Part shown: one piece after another, positions 39,201 through 52,861 of the stretch
Layout: each line of letters begins with the position of its first letter
Position numbering within the stretch: the stretch's first letter is position 1
Assembly: GCF_002571385.2 (NCBI RefSeq)
Contig: NW_019217867.1
Span: 465,108-529,107, forward strand
DNA: 64,000 bases
Direction: 5' to 3'
Source: Stylophora pistillata
Lineage: Eukaryota
Translations under genes and position numbers: made by a program
The notes under the pieces: model-generated
The model's database searches: none
Seen by the model: the letters and a program-made list of their open reading frames with translations, nothing else
What the model was told of the DNA's origin: nothing

Positions 39201-42200
39201 GCTCCAATCCTCACATTGGTGTGGCCAGCGGTAGGATCAAATCCGCTTCCTTTGATTGACAATTCTGTACCGCCCATGATACTTCCCTCAGTCGGTGTTA
39301 TACTCGACACTACAGCAAGGCTATTAATCATATCTGAAGCTCCGGCCTCAAACATAGCAAGGCCTTGTGGTCCGTGGTGAATCTTCAAATTATGCTTCCC
39401 TGCCACAACAGGGCCAACCCGGCAAGATGCCGAGTACTGCGACAAAGACGTCACGATGCAAGGGCTATTCCCAATCTTAATTTCCAAATCTGAAGTTTTG
39501 CTTGGAAGACCAGAACCGTATATATGGATAGTATTTTCGTCTCCGACAAAAACTGAAGGGGTTACCGAATCTATTCGTGGTGTTTTAGCATCTGAGTAAG
39601 TGAAAGTGCAGCTAGAACCACAATTGCTTTCCATTCCATTGACTTTAACTACGACGGGTAGCACCTGTGAAGCTTTCCCGGCTGCTGTTTGACATTTGAG
39701 CTGGGTGTAGCTTGATGCTAAAATCTGACATGGTACTCCGCCCACTTGCACCTCAGGGACCGGAGAGAAACCATCTCCTGTGATGGTAAGAATGGAGCCT
39801 CCCATTATGGAACCTGCCTGTGGGGATACAGTATGTATTCTTGGCTGCAGAGTAAATGAAGCATTTTGTTCGTGTTGTACTTTAATGAGGGCAAATCCTC
39901 TGTTCTTCACACGTAGATAAACACTATGAGGTGAACCTAAGTAAAGAAAACGACTAAAGAGTTGTTACAAACAAAGTTTTCGGTTTGATCAAATAACATG
40001 TGAAACCATAATATCGTGTTCATTTCTCGACAAAACATATTTTCCTTGTATCATAAATGGTGTAGACCCACTATTTGAGAGTAACTCGAATTTAAGAAAA
40101 AACAAATTCCTGTTGGTGTCAGAAGCGCACATTTCGACAACCTAAGCTGAAGTCATTCCTCATCAGAATAAAGCTAAACAACTCAACTGACGAGGACTTC
40201 GATCAACGTATAACGTCCTACATTGTTCTCCAATTGGCATTCAATTCTTACTCCAAAACAACGGCCCCATCTAACCTGAACTCAACTGATTTCTAGTCGT
40301 CACCAAGCAGGTTATTTTATCCTCTGCAGAGCTTTGAACCGTACAATCACTGGAGCCAATTTTGACCTCATTCTGGCAATTAATGAGTCCAAAACCTTTG
40401 CCTTTTAAGGTAACAAGTGTCGAGCTGGTTCCGCTGTTAGGGATTATTGAAGTCACTTCTGGTGTACTACACTTCCCAAATGTGAAACCATACGAGGAGA
40501 GGTTACTTGGTAACGGGTCTGAGGAGATGCATTTTGGTATGGCATTCGTCACACCTAACTGACAATCAGAAGAACCAGCATCCGGGAACTTAGGACTCGT
40601 CGAGTTATATGGAGCCAAAATTGCTCCAACTTGCACCCTGACGTCCACGGACTTACTCTTGATTTCCTTGACAACAATTTTTCCTTTCATGACAATAGCT
40701 CCATAAGGGTCTACTGCCCCACTTGAATAAAAGTATGTTCCGGGTAACTTAAACTGCTTAGTAAAATGGCCACTTTCACTGCGGGAGCTCTTGAACCCTT
40801 TTCCATCATACAAAGCGCTAGACGCGTCACGTGTTTGTTGTACACCATAACTCAAGCCTGACAATTCGGGACTTGTCCACTGCCACTGAGAATTGAATTA
40901 GAGTCGTATCAATATCTCGAAATCAACTATACTATTATGCTTTTCAGAATTCGCTCAGCAGCACTGGCTAAGAGTTATGTTTCCTAGGGTTTCCCTGAAG
41001 AAGGTTCATGTTTTATTTTTTCTTGAATACTACAAATTAACGATTTACCCTACCCTCTTGATATATAATTAATAATAAATTTCGCTTGCAGCTGTTGTGA
41101 ATTATGTTTTATATTAATTTAGAAATTTTGATATAATTTCCGAAAAACACCCCTGGGTCAATAAATTTATCTAAGTACACACTTTTGCTGAAATGCATTC
41201 TGGTGGTTTAGGGGTGATTTGGTTTTCTCAATTTTGTAATCTCCTCTTTCGACATAAATTGCATCCTTTCAATATTTGACAACTCCGTTTGAAGCTTTAA
41301 AGTTTCTTTAAGTTGTGATGTTGTATGATCATTTAACAGGTCAGTGGAGTATCTGAACGACTTTTCAGTACCTTTATAGAGTCACCAGCGTTAATAGCAA
41401 TCGTTTGTGGATTCCATGCGTATCCAATTCCGTACTCTGCGAAACAAGTATCAATTACATGTCAACAACCAAATCACAATGTCGCTCTAAGGGATGGCGA
41501 AAAAAAGATACACAAACGGACCAGAAAGTCAAGGTTGACCGTTTTCAGTTCTCTTACATGGCATATCTCCGAAAGTGCTTAGGTAACCCTTGATAAGTTG
41601 ACAAGCGCGCACTCATCAGCTAGCTAGATCTAACGGATAAAGAGATCTCCCACTTATACAAATTGCGACCATCGTAAAGTTACTGCACGAGTTCCTGGAG
41701 GATAAACAGCAGAGTTCACTTACCAGGATGAATTCCAGTGTTGTCCACTTTGTGAGTGGTAGATGAGGCGTCAGTCTTACAGAGTATTTCTGTGTTTCTA
41801 CTCGACAAAACGTTACAAGGAACGTCGCCAATAATTACTGAAACAGCTGAAGAATTATCACTGAAGCCACGGCCAGCTACAGTTAGAAGAGTTCCTCCAA
41901 AGACTGAGCCTTGCGAAGGAGACACACCAGTGACTTCTAATACGTATTTAAACTTGGGAGGCCTGAAACCCATAGTTGCGTTAACCGCACAGCCCTTTCC
42001 GTCAACGCAAATGAGAACGTCATATGTCCCTGGAGCATTTGCGGGAGTAGTGCATTTTATAAGTAAGTCGGAATACAAAGTCACTTCGCATGGACGAGAG
42101 CCTATTTTAATGGTCCCTTTTTGGACCCCAAATCCACTTCCCTTAATTAAAATGTCTTCGCCGCCGCTGACACTACCCTCTAAGCTACTCATTGATGAAA

Positions 42201-45200
42201 TCAAAGGGGTAAATCCTGAGTCGTACCAGAAAGAATTTGACAGTGTGCCAATTTTATCACCGGTGGCGACAGTGACGCTGGCGTTACTAACGTCGTGGGG
42301 TGTCGTGACGCAAGTTATTTCTGTCAGCTTAATGCTGAGTATGTTACAAACAGAACCACTGATCGTCACGCTACTATTGCCTGGCATCAAACCAAATCCA
42401 TCACCCGTTATAACAACATATGTTCCTCCTCCGATACTTCCTCTGTTTGGTGTTATCCCGCTCACATAAACCTCATAGCTAAAGTTGATCTGTCCACTAA
42501 CATGCTTTGCAAAACCCTTATTTCCCACTTTAACGACAACATCGTGTGATCCACCAGACGACTGGCCAGCGGTACACTTAAGGGTTGTTTCACCGATACT
42601 TATTACGTGACAGAGAGCTTCACCAATAGTGACGTTGACTTCCTGTGCACTGGTAGAGAAACCACTTCCGGTTAATGTTATAAGTGTTCCTTTGGTTCCG
42701 CGTTGTGGAGATATTGTAGAGAGAGTTGGAGTAATCGAAGATGAAAATGTGAAAGAACAATTTCTATTGAAACAGCTTGACGGAATGTTGTCAAACATAA
42801 CTGTCACCTACAAATAAAACAAGCCCCATGTCAGCCATAAAATAGCATTTGGATGCTTGCTTCTCACAACGGCAGTTTATGCTGGCCGCTAAACTTTTGC
42901 CGAGTTTGATAAAATCAGTTATATACTTTGATTTAGTCTTTCAACTCCTGAGAATCAATATGATTTACTTTGCGTTGATTTGCCTTTACACTTGCAAAAA
43001 GAATTTGCTCAACGGTAGAAAAAAAATGTTACTCAAAAACTACCCTGACTTGTGTTTTGAATGTTCGTGGCAAGCTTTTTTGGCTTCTGATTTCTTTCCG
43101 TTTAGAATCACTTCTTACCTGAGGCTTTCTTTCAGCTACACGCAGCATATCACCGGGGATTGGCCTCAAAAACAATCCTCCGTCATCGAGTGTAACAGCT
43201 TTGACTGACACGTTGTTTCCTGTCAAGCCGTTTCCATCGACTCTGATAGCGGGCTGATCTCCTCCTGTGGTCGCCCATTCTATCGTCCAAGAAAATGACG
43301 AACATGTTCCAAAACCTTTGACGCTGACCTTACCGATATCAAAATTGCTTTCCAGAGTGGACTTGAGGTCTTCTGCCGATATGTTGGCAGGAATGCCTAA
43401 AGAAAGAGGATAACACAGAAGACAAACAAAGTACTTTCAACAAATATCTACCGTAGAAAAAAGAATGTCTATCGCGCATTATAAAATAACTGAGAAACTA
43501 ATAGTACCCCGTTTGGTCAAAAACGTACCGTTTATTGCACAGGTAAGTCACTCGTCACCGGCTAGTGATTTATAAAGCTTTCTCGTTTTCTCCCAACATT
43601 ACGCTCGTAAACTGATAAAAGTGTGGTCGACTGCTTAATTTAATTGTAATTTTGGTCAGAATAATGAAGTGATCGATAGACCACCATCACCAAATCAAAA
43701 GTACAAAACTGCAAAACAGTAATATGTCAAAATCGATCGTAAAAACCGACACTGAAGGTAAAAAACGTCGAATTTATTATCAACTGGTCCTAAAAACTAA
43801 TAATAGGAAAGAAAAAAGTACAGTTACCTTTCACGTTATAATTTTCCAAGAAGATGTCGAAAGTCCCTCCTATTGGAGGAGTAGCAGCTTGAAAACGTGA
43901 CACAGAAATGCTTGCGTCCTCGGTGGAGTTAGTCGGCCTGAATACCGCCTGGTCGGATGTGGCGTTACCACCGACCAATATTGCATCTGCAACCTGCAGT
44001 AGCTCAAAACCAGTTCCGCAGCATGATGGAGTCATTGACACAGACCAAACACTCGGTCCCAGACTCTGCACATCCACGGATTCTATGATGTTCCCCCCTG
44101 GTTCGGAAGCGTGGAGAAGTCTTTGTACTAAAGTAGAAAAAAAGTAAACATATTGATAAATTCTTTCTAATTATTCCTGAAAATAAAACGCCGCTAAAGT
44201 AACTGATAAACTACTCAAACCTACCCATTACCGGGTCACTCCATATGAAAACGTCGTCGAATGAAATATCTGCTTTCAAATCACGTGATACACTGATAAC
44301 TTCAACGTATATCTTATAACGCAAATCAGCCTTTACGTTTACATCATGTAAAACCCTATCATGAACATTTATACACAGCTGATGCCATTTTCCATCCGGG
44401 ATAGTAACAATGCTGTACTTCCTCCACGACTGCTGATCAGCACCAAACTTGTCTGTATATGATATCCGGAAATCGATAAAGTCCTTCATCTTTCCTATAT
44501 ACGAAAAACAGAGCTGCCGAAAAATAAGTCAAAGTTACACACTATTGACAATATCGTCAAGCTCAGCTATTGTTTTCAATTAATCTGGTTTTGTGCTGTT
44601 ATTTAATGATATTAGAAAGACATTACCCTGCTTTTTAAAAGAGCTTTAAAGACACCGATGACAGTGCGCCAAAACACACGAATAATAGTAAACCATGGTG
44701 CTGTAAGGAGTTATATGTAAACTCTCGACCTCATAGCCTGTCGAAGACTAGCCGTATGGCAGTCGAAACGTTGCGATCGATAAAATTTGATAGCCTGCCT
44801 CTGCATCGTGAGAAAAACGATTAAACGTCCATTAAACTAAAGATATTGCGATAAACCATAACATTTTCCATAATATTTTTCTTACTGACTGAGTGGCAGG
44901 GCCGGACGGGAAATTATTTGGCTCGAGGTCATGACTTAGGGACCGAGCGCAGCGAGGTCCGTGCCCCATGACCGAGAGCCAAATATTTCCGTCCGGCCCG
45001 ACCAAAGTCAATCAATAAGCATTTTATCATACGACCAAAAACCCGATAGACGGGCACACACACTCAAAAAAACTGGAAGTGCACAACTTTATTTTTTTCG
45101 AGTCAGAAAAAGAAATTCCGAATGAAAAGCGCGACTTCTCTCATTTCTGTTTTCCTTCAAGTTTTTGCAACAAAGCGACGTGAGGGCAGCAGGGCCGGAA

Positions 45201-48200
45201 GGATTTTTCCGGACCGGCCCAAGTCAAACCCGTCCGGCCCTGCACACTTCAGCTTCAACTATGGTTTTCTTTGGGACTGCGCGAGCGGGGCCGGACGGGT
45301 CACATGATGAGAGAACATTACGGGACTAAACGTCCAATCGTCCATGGTCGAAAATTACTTGTCCTCATTTGAGATATGACATTTTCTCAAATGTGTCATT
45401 GGCAAACGCCAAGCACAAATTAAATTTTTGGTTATACATAAGCCATTGTCAATGGATTAATTGTAAGATAATTCATTTTTAGCATGGTTGTCAGTCAGTG
45501 ATTCAATAGAATTCTAGGTCTACATCGCAGACGACATCAGCCGCGTGGCAGCCAAATAAGCTCTGTAACTAAATGATCTAAAGCCAGGTTTGCAAAACGG
45601 TTTTTATAGTCAGATCATACCTATTTGAACTACTGTGACGATGAATGTACCAGCTAAAGATGGTTTTAAGAAGGAGGAATCGTCCTACAGAATGCCACAA
45701 TCATGGACAATCAAGCCAAGAAGATTTTATGTGCGAACAGAGTCAACATGAACGTCCACAGGAAAAAAATAAATTGTAAATTTTCGATAACACTTTCCAT
45801 CTTATCAGTTTGATATTGTTGCGTCAGGTCACATTTTTAGTTCTTATGCCAACGTCTCGGTCTCAGTGCTGATAGCATATATTAGCATATATTAGCATAT
45901 ATTAGCATATATATATTTTATCCCCATCAACAAAGAAGAGGTAGAAAGGAAACCTTTTGTTTCCAATGCTCAAAGATCTCAGGGTTTACATTGTCGCGCC
46001 CGTGTAGGATTCGTTTTAAATCAGCCATTTTATCATTACCATTTTTTCATCCGGACCACATTCCAGAAGGGCGTTAAATAAAATTCAAGTTTATCGGTAA
46101 CAGTAGGCAGATACGTACTTGTTCATATCGAGCAACATCGTAGCCTTGTAAGATTCTTCCCCATTTGTCCTTTGTCTGGCCACCAAAGAAAATATACTTA
46201 GGGTTCTTCAAAGAAAACCGACCGCAATTTGCTGTTTGTTTCAGCACCCGTTCACCGTATTCGGGGCCCAAGGATGGAGTTTCAAAACCGTTATAATAAT
46301 AGGCGCGGTCTGGAGGTGTTTGGTAGCTACAGTGCCAGCCAATCATATCCAGGAGCTGTCGTTTGACGTCATTTTCTGTTGCATTTATGTGCATGTTTCC
46401 TGATATTCTTCCAGCCAAAGAAAGCTTCCAGAAATAGTTACCTGGGACCCCTGAGAGAAAGGGAAAGGGGCTCAATGATTAACAGTAGCATATTATTGCA
46501 GACGCATACCCAATCGCTATCTACGTGTTTCGTGACAAGAGAAGAATGGATACGAGGATGAAATGAGACGAGCGGGGAAAAGGCAAAGGAAAAGATACGG
46601 CTGTTTGTTTTTCCTTTATCATCTCCTCCTTCAAAACCTCAACCAAACGTGTATAAAAAACTTTTTTTTCGAATTTTTTGCAAATGAAAACAAAACATGA
46701 AGAAATAATTGAAAGTATAAAACAGGGCTCTTTTAGGTGCTTGCGGAAGTATTTTACAGTCGTAGGTAACAGCCTTTAATTTGTTGAACGGTGAGGTTTT
46801 CCACTTGATGCCATCGTTTTGAGACATTTTTGTTTCTTACCTTTCTGTGCTCGTGTAATATTAACCCATGTTACATTGGATCGCAACATGTTTGTGTTTT
46901 GGGGATCCTTGAAGAGAAAAGTAACTCGATAGGAAGTGGACTTGTTGTTGGCCACTAGTTCAGTTACATCAACTTCTCCCTGTTTCCTGATCCTTGTGAG
47001 ATTGTTGATTGCACACTGAAGCATTTTAGCGGTCATACTGTTCAGCGGCAGTGGAACAGTATTGTCTCCATTGTAACTTAGAAAAAATACTTCCTCATAG
47101 AGAGTGTTATTCCCTGAAACAAAAGAAATGATTATCAGGAAATGCTCATAATTATAACTTTGCAAATATGATACCTGGAATCGATTAAACACGTCTATCA
47201 AGCGTATTTTAGCTGGTTTACCTTTGGTTTGCTTACAAGATCTGATGACATTCACAATTTGCACCTCAAACAATTTCCCGTCATCCCAGCTGGTAATGTT
47301 AATCACCTGGTAAGGAGCAAAGTATAGGAGTCAGAAAAGGAAAGTTTCGTGCCCCTGCGGTGAGCTAAGTTCAGACTTGAAATCATTTTGCCTTACTTGT
47401 ATCTCAGGACGTTTCACGGAATTCAAGAGAATTTGCTGCTTCTCGTTTACTGCCGAGCCAGTTTGCGAATTCACGTGACGCGTGTTCTGCATTTTGACTC
47501 CAACCATCAGATGGGATTTGCCGCCACCCTGCACATGAACAGTTTCCAAGTAATAATACTGGCCTTTTCTCAGAGAGACCATCATCGACTTCTGCTCTGG
47601 AAAGTCAGACCAACTGGCTGACGCCTTGGGACAGGATGCAATTTTGGTCTAAAGAAAAGATACGAAACCATGGTGTTAAATCATGAAACGCTGAAATAAT
47701 TTAACCCTTTCCAAGGGCATCAGCAGATCACATCAAGGTGATCATAGGACACAAACTTTAAATTTGTCTGACTTTGAACACCAAAAAGGGGATGGAAATG
47801 ACGCATAGTTAATGATGAAACTCAATCAATTAGCCTTTGGCTTTTTTAAAACTATACAGGTATCTCTATTATAACATTCGTGAAATAAGTAGCATCATTA
47901 ATTCTGTGGCAATTAAACGACATCAAGACACTTAGTCTAGTACAACTTGCGGAAGTTATTTTTAACTGGCAACAAGACAAAAAGATCGGCCTCTAGAGAT
48001 TTCCAGAACATTCATCCTCATAGTTAAAGAGAGTGGCACCTTCTTCTATTATTTATCTATTTATTTAATTGTATCCATTTTTTTTATATTTACTCATTTA
48101 CCTTAGCCGAGGCAGATTCGTTACCACTTAGGTATAACTCGGCCAGATCATCAGCTTGTATATAAAACGTGTAGTTATTGTCTGATGGTGGTATAAAGAA

Positions 48201-51200
48201 GCCTCGCAGTCGGTCACTGAATGATGTTGAACTTGCTTCGGGTAACACTTCGGAAGCCGTATTTCTCAGTCCTCCGTTTCCTGATACAGAAAACGAGCTG
48301 GTGCGGTTGCGCAACGGTACCTCACCTAATAGGCCACGATTCCCTGTGAGGTTAGGTCAAAATGATGTTTGTAAACGCCCTCGGGTAGCTTATGAGACTG
48401 AATTAATCCTAACATATTATGTATCTTTGATTTACCACTTCATTCTGGATGCAAAAAAGACTTCATTATTACGGACAGATCCATTAAGATTTAGGCCGGT
48501 AAAATTTCTCACCTGAGTAAAATTCATCGTTATCTACCAGAGGGGCCTCACTTATTTGACATTTAATAATGTCTGTTTCTATTGATTTTATTTCACAAGG
48601 TACACCTGATAAACACAACAAAATAAAGAAGGTGAGCGGATATAAACAGAAAATCTAATCGTGTCGCATGCTGGAGAGGGAATTTCTTCTGGCTGCCGAA
48701 AGAAGATACGTCAGAGTTTGTGCATCTCCAAGAAGTTATCCTTGCTTTTTGCATTTTACTAATTTGATTAATTTAGTTTAATTTAGTCCATTTTCACTGC
48801 ATTAAGTTTTGCAGTGGGCAAGGACTAGAAAGGAACATAGGAACCACTTGTGCTAGTCCACNNNNNNNNNNNNNNNNNNNNNNNNNNNNNNNNNNNNNNN
48901 NNNNNNNNNNNNNNNNNNNNNNNNNNNNNNNNNNNNNNNNNNNNNNNNNNNNNNNNNNNNNNNNNNNNNNNNNNNNNNNNNNNNNNNNNNNNNNNNNNNN
49001 NNNNNNNNNNNNNNNNNNNNNNNNNNNNNNNNNNNNNNNNNNNNNNNNNNNNNNNNNNNNNNNNNNNNNNNNNNNNNNNNNNNNNNNNNNNNNNNNNNNN
49101 NNNNNNNNNNNNNNNNNNNNNNNNNNNNNNNNNNNNNNNNNNNNNNNNNNNNNNNNNNNNNNNNNNNNNNNNNNNNNNNNNNNNNNNNNNNNNNNNNNNN
49201 NNNNNNNNNNNNNNNNNNNNNNNNNNNNNNNNGGGCTCGAACCCTCGACCTCCCGCACAACAGTCCAGCGCTCTATCCATTGAGCTAACCGGGAGGCGGT
49301 TATTAAATTTAATCCTTTAATTCAAATTTCCGATATTATATCTGTTTCGCGAAAATTGATGAATTAGGATGGAACTGTTTTTTTTTTAGTTTAATAAACG
49401 AACGAGTGAAACACGGCATGAGTGTTGACGAAAAAGGGGCCGCAGAGGTTGAAATCTCAGCCGTAGAGACCTACTCATGCCATTAGTACGTTCTTCTTTG
49501 TTGAGAGCGTACTGAGTTAGGAGGAATCCAAGAGTGCACATCACTCACTCCCTTCCCCCGACTCTCTCTCTCGTCGCCCCCCCCCCCTTACTCTCGACCC
49601 ACAAACCCGAAATTCGTACATGGACATGGATTAAGCGTACCTGAAACTGCAACTGAAACTTTTTTTGCTCTTACATCAAAACCTTTGCCTTTTATTGTAA
49701 GAACTGTCCCACCTGCCGTGCTGCCAACAGCCGGGCTGACTTCAACAACATCTGAAAATGGAATTTCAGTAAAGTCACCGTCATAATGGTTTCACTATCA
49801 ATTTTCCGGCATTTTTTCTATATGACGTCAAAATCTTTTTCATTAGGTCATTAACGCTACCTGCATGACTTTGGAAAAGGTAAAGTTTGTCCTGAGAATC
49901 AACTGAAATGACATCTTTAGACATCCGGGATCGGCCATAACCGGAAACCAAGAAGGAAACTCTTTGTGATCCTGCAAGAATAGGCCACAACCTCAATTGA
50001 TATTTTATCTCTGTATTGATATTTTATCTCTGTATTGATTGTATTTTTACATGACCATGGCAGTGAAATTCAAATCGTTCACATTAAAGCACAGACCATT
50101 ATTATTTGGATGGAGTATGCCTTCTATTTCATTGTGTACGAAGCCCTTTTTTTTCGGTTTTCACGTTCCTGACAGTCAGTAAAAATATTTCTTACCTATC
50201 AGTGGTGAAACAGGTTTGCATTTTATATAACCCGTCTTGGTTTTTTGGTCTTCTATTTTTATTCCATATCTAACGTTGAAGAAAAAAACAAAAAAACTCT
50301 TAGACTTGCATTAAGTACTTCACAACTCAATATGATATACATTTATGCGTAATCATACATATCCTGATCTAAAACTCGGATGTGCATGTTTAACTTACAG
50401 TTGGTCTGTTTCTGGGTCTTTAGCCTCGCACAAATCCGCACCAGCAAAAATCCTACAAGAAAAATTAAAGAGGTGATAAGAAAGTTAGGATCAGATGTGC
50501 CTGACAAATACAAAATTGAATGCTCAAAGTAAACAGCATGGATACATCTAAATCATTTCGATTTACGAATGAATAATAAGAATTCCTTGTTTAAGTGCTC
50601 AACCATAAATGTTTTTAGTGAGGGGTAGGCACTCAGTCATTTTTGAAGGTGATAAAGTTATATGAAAATATTAATATTTAAATGACCCGTTTAAGTAGAA
50701 TTCATTAAGAGGAATGTTTTATATTATCTTTTATTCAATGAAGCAAAAGACGCTTGTAGCCTACAGCTTTCTATGACTTCTAAAATAACAGAAGCTAATA
50801 TAGTTGATGCAATGCACTTTACTGTGGCACAGAGTCTAATTGTTATCAACATCCTATTTTGAGCCCCTTCTGTACCTTTCAATTGAGGATAACTCTGGGT
50901 CAAAGTCCTCTGTTTCAATAACTTGATCTGTAAACATCCTTCCACGAATTTCCAACAGTGATCCTGTCGTAAAACAGTAAATTTCGAACATTGTTTGTAG
51001 TTGGAATGAAAATAAATTTATGGTAAACTGGTGGACGATTTGATTGGTATATAACAGAAATTTCGAATGCAACTTCGTAGTTATCAGATTCCTTATAGCT
51101 GTTCGCTAATACTATAAATATCATAAAAAATATCCCAATTGCTCATTTCATTAAAGAAAAACCTTGAAAATATTAAATAGCTTTATTGTTTCTAGGAACA

Positions 51201-52455
51201 AATAAAAAGAAATGGGGTTAACAGAAGCATTGCCCCAAACGGAGATTTTTTTCTGTTTTTTTTTTTTTTTTTTTACAGTGGAGAGGGGAGTCAAAGACTT
51301 CATTTCTTTCAGGGGCTACTCCTATAGAACTGAAAGATCAACAAAGCGAGGACTTAATGCTTACGGGTTAATACTGACATTTTCTACATAGCAACACTTT
51401 TCGACCGAATTAACTGGTACATAGTTAAAAAAGGGTTATGATACCGATTAGTAGCAGCATCATAAAGTTTTTCACTTCCGGCAACGCAGAGAGAAACTGT
51501 TTTGCATGTACATGTTGCTTTCGAATGATTTTAATGAATTTCTTGAAAAATGTTGATTGTTTTCATTATTGAGAAAAGTAATTACAATTTGTTCAGTCAT
51601 TATCCCTAAGTATAGTAGCTTACAGTGAAGACCATCCTGTAAATTCAGAATTAATACAAAAAAAATTCTACTCGTTCCCTCAGTTTTCGATCGATGACAT
51701 GCATCCTGACTATCTATTTTGGAGAACATTTTAGACCTTTATATGTCATTAATGTAATAACCCGCCGCTCCAGCTATTCATAAAATTACAGCAAAAGCAA
51801 CTATCATCGTAGATCAATAAAATGCATGTATTTTACGTGCATCTTCCACTTTGACTCTGACTCCGTCTTACTTTGTCTAATTACATGGATGACCCATGTA
51901 ATTAGACAAAGTAAGATGGACAGAACTGTGTTTCATTCATTCCTAAATTGAGTTTTTATCTCCTGTAAATAATTGCAGCAGCATACATTTACCTGTTTAT
52001 ATAGTTTTATAAACAATTATGGCCACACAGGTAGGGAAAAGAAATTGGAAGAAAAATTCGCCTTTACAAGTTTTGATGCTCGCCAAATAGGGGAATCCTT
52101 GTTTACAATATTTGCCTCATTAGCATAAGCAATTCAGTTTCTGATGGAGTTCAGTTCTAGATCTGAATATCGAAAGGTCAAACTACGATTAACTCGGCCA
52201 ACGAATACGAGCCTGATGCATTGAGTACTTTTTGTGCAACACGGGTTTAAAAACTCAAAATTTTACATAGAATGTATGAACTCATTAGCGCTTTTGCCAC
52301 CCAGAAATTTTGCAGTTTTTGATGGACTATTTCTCGTTGAATATTACACTCAAAGAGCTAAAAATTTCACCATGTACTAAGGTTTTCTAGCTCCTTAGCT
52401 GCCTAAAGTCAATTTGTATCTAACATGCTTCCTTCTTTACGCAAAGCCGTATGCA

Positions 52456-52487
<32 letters not shown>

Positions 52488-52827
52488 TGAATCCGCCTAT
52501 ACTGTGCTAAGGAAAACTGCTCGAATCTAGAGGAATTATGAAATGATTCTACAATTAAAGTTTGTTTCTCATTTCTCAAGCTCATTTAATTTAGCAAGGA
52601 ACTTTTTATTTTTTTAATAGGAGGATTGCTGTGGTCTTCACTCCTTTTGCGATGAGATACTTGCTACTTGCCACTATATTACTATATTAATGATATTTTG
52701 AGAACATATCCTTAATATTTTTACATATTCTCTATTTAATCTTATATTATACTCGTGTTATTCATTTATAGTGTCCACAATTAGCTTTTAGCTAAATACC
52801 TTGACACTTCAATAAAGTTTATGTATG

Positions 52828-52861
<34 letters not shown>

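Noticed and set aside
41756-42469. 237-aa plus-strand ORF and similar antisense ORFs (e.g. 14270-14539, 34555-34839)
   Set aside because: These are shadow frames opposite well-supported exons, with no independent protein features.
49232-49300. tRNA gene
   Set aside because: A and B boxes are present, but there is no proper anticodon stem-loop or visible acceptor stem, and an A-rich tail follows the gap. A SINE head explains it better.
48794-49320. ORFs spanning N runs (also 4920-5291)
   Set aside because: Artefacts of assembly gaps. The flanking exons of both genes splice in phase without needing sequence from the gaps.
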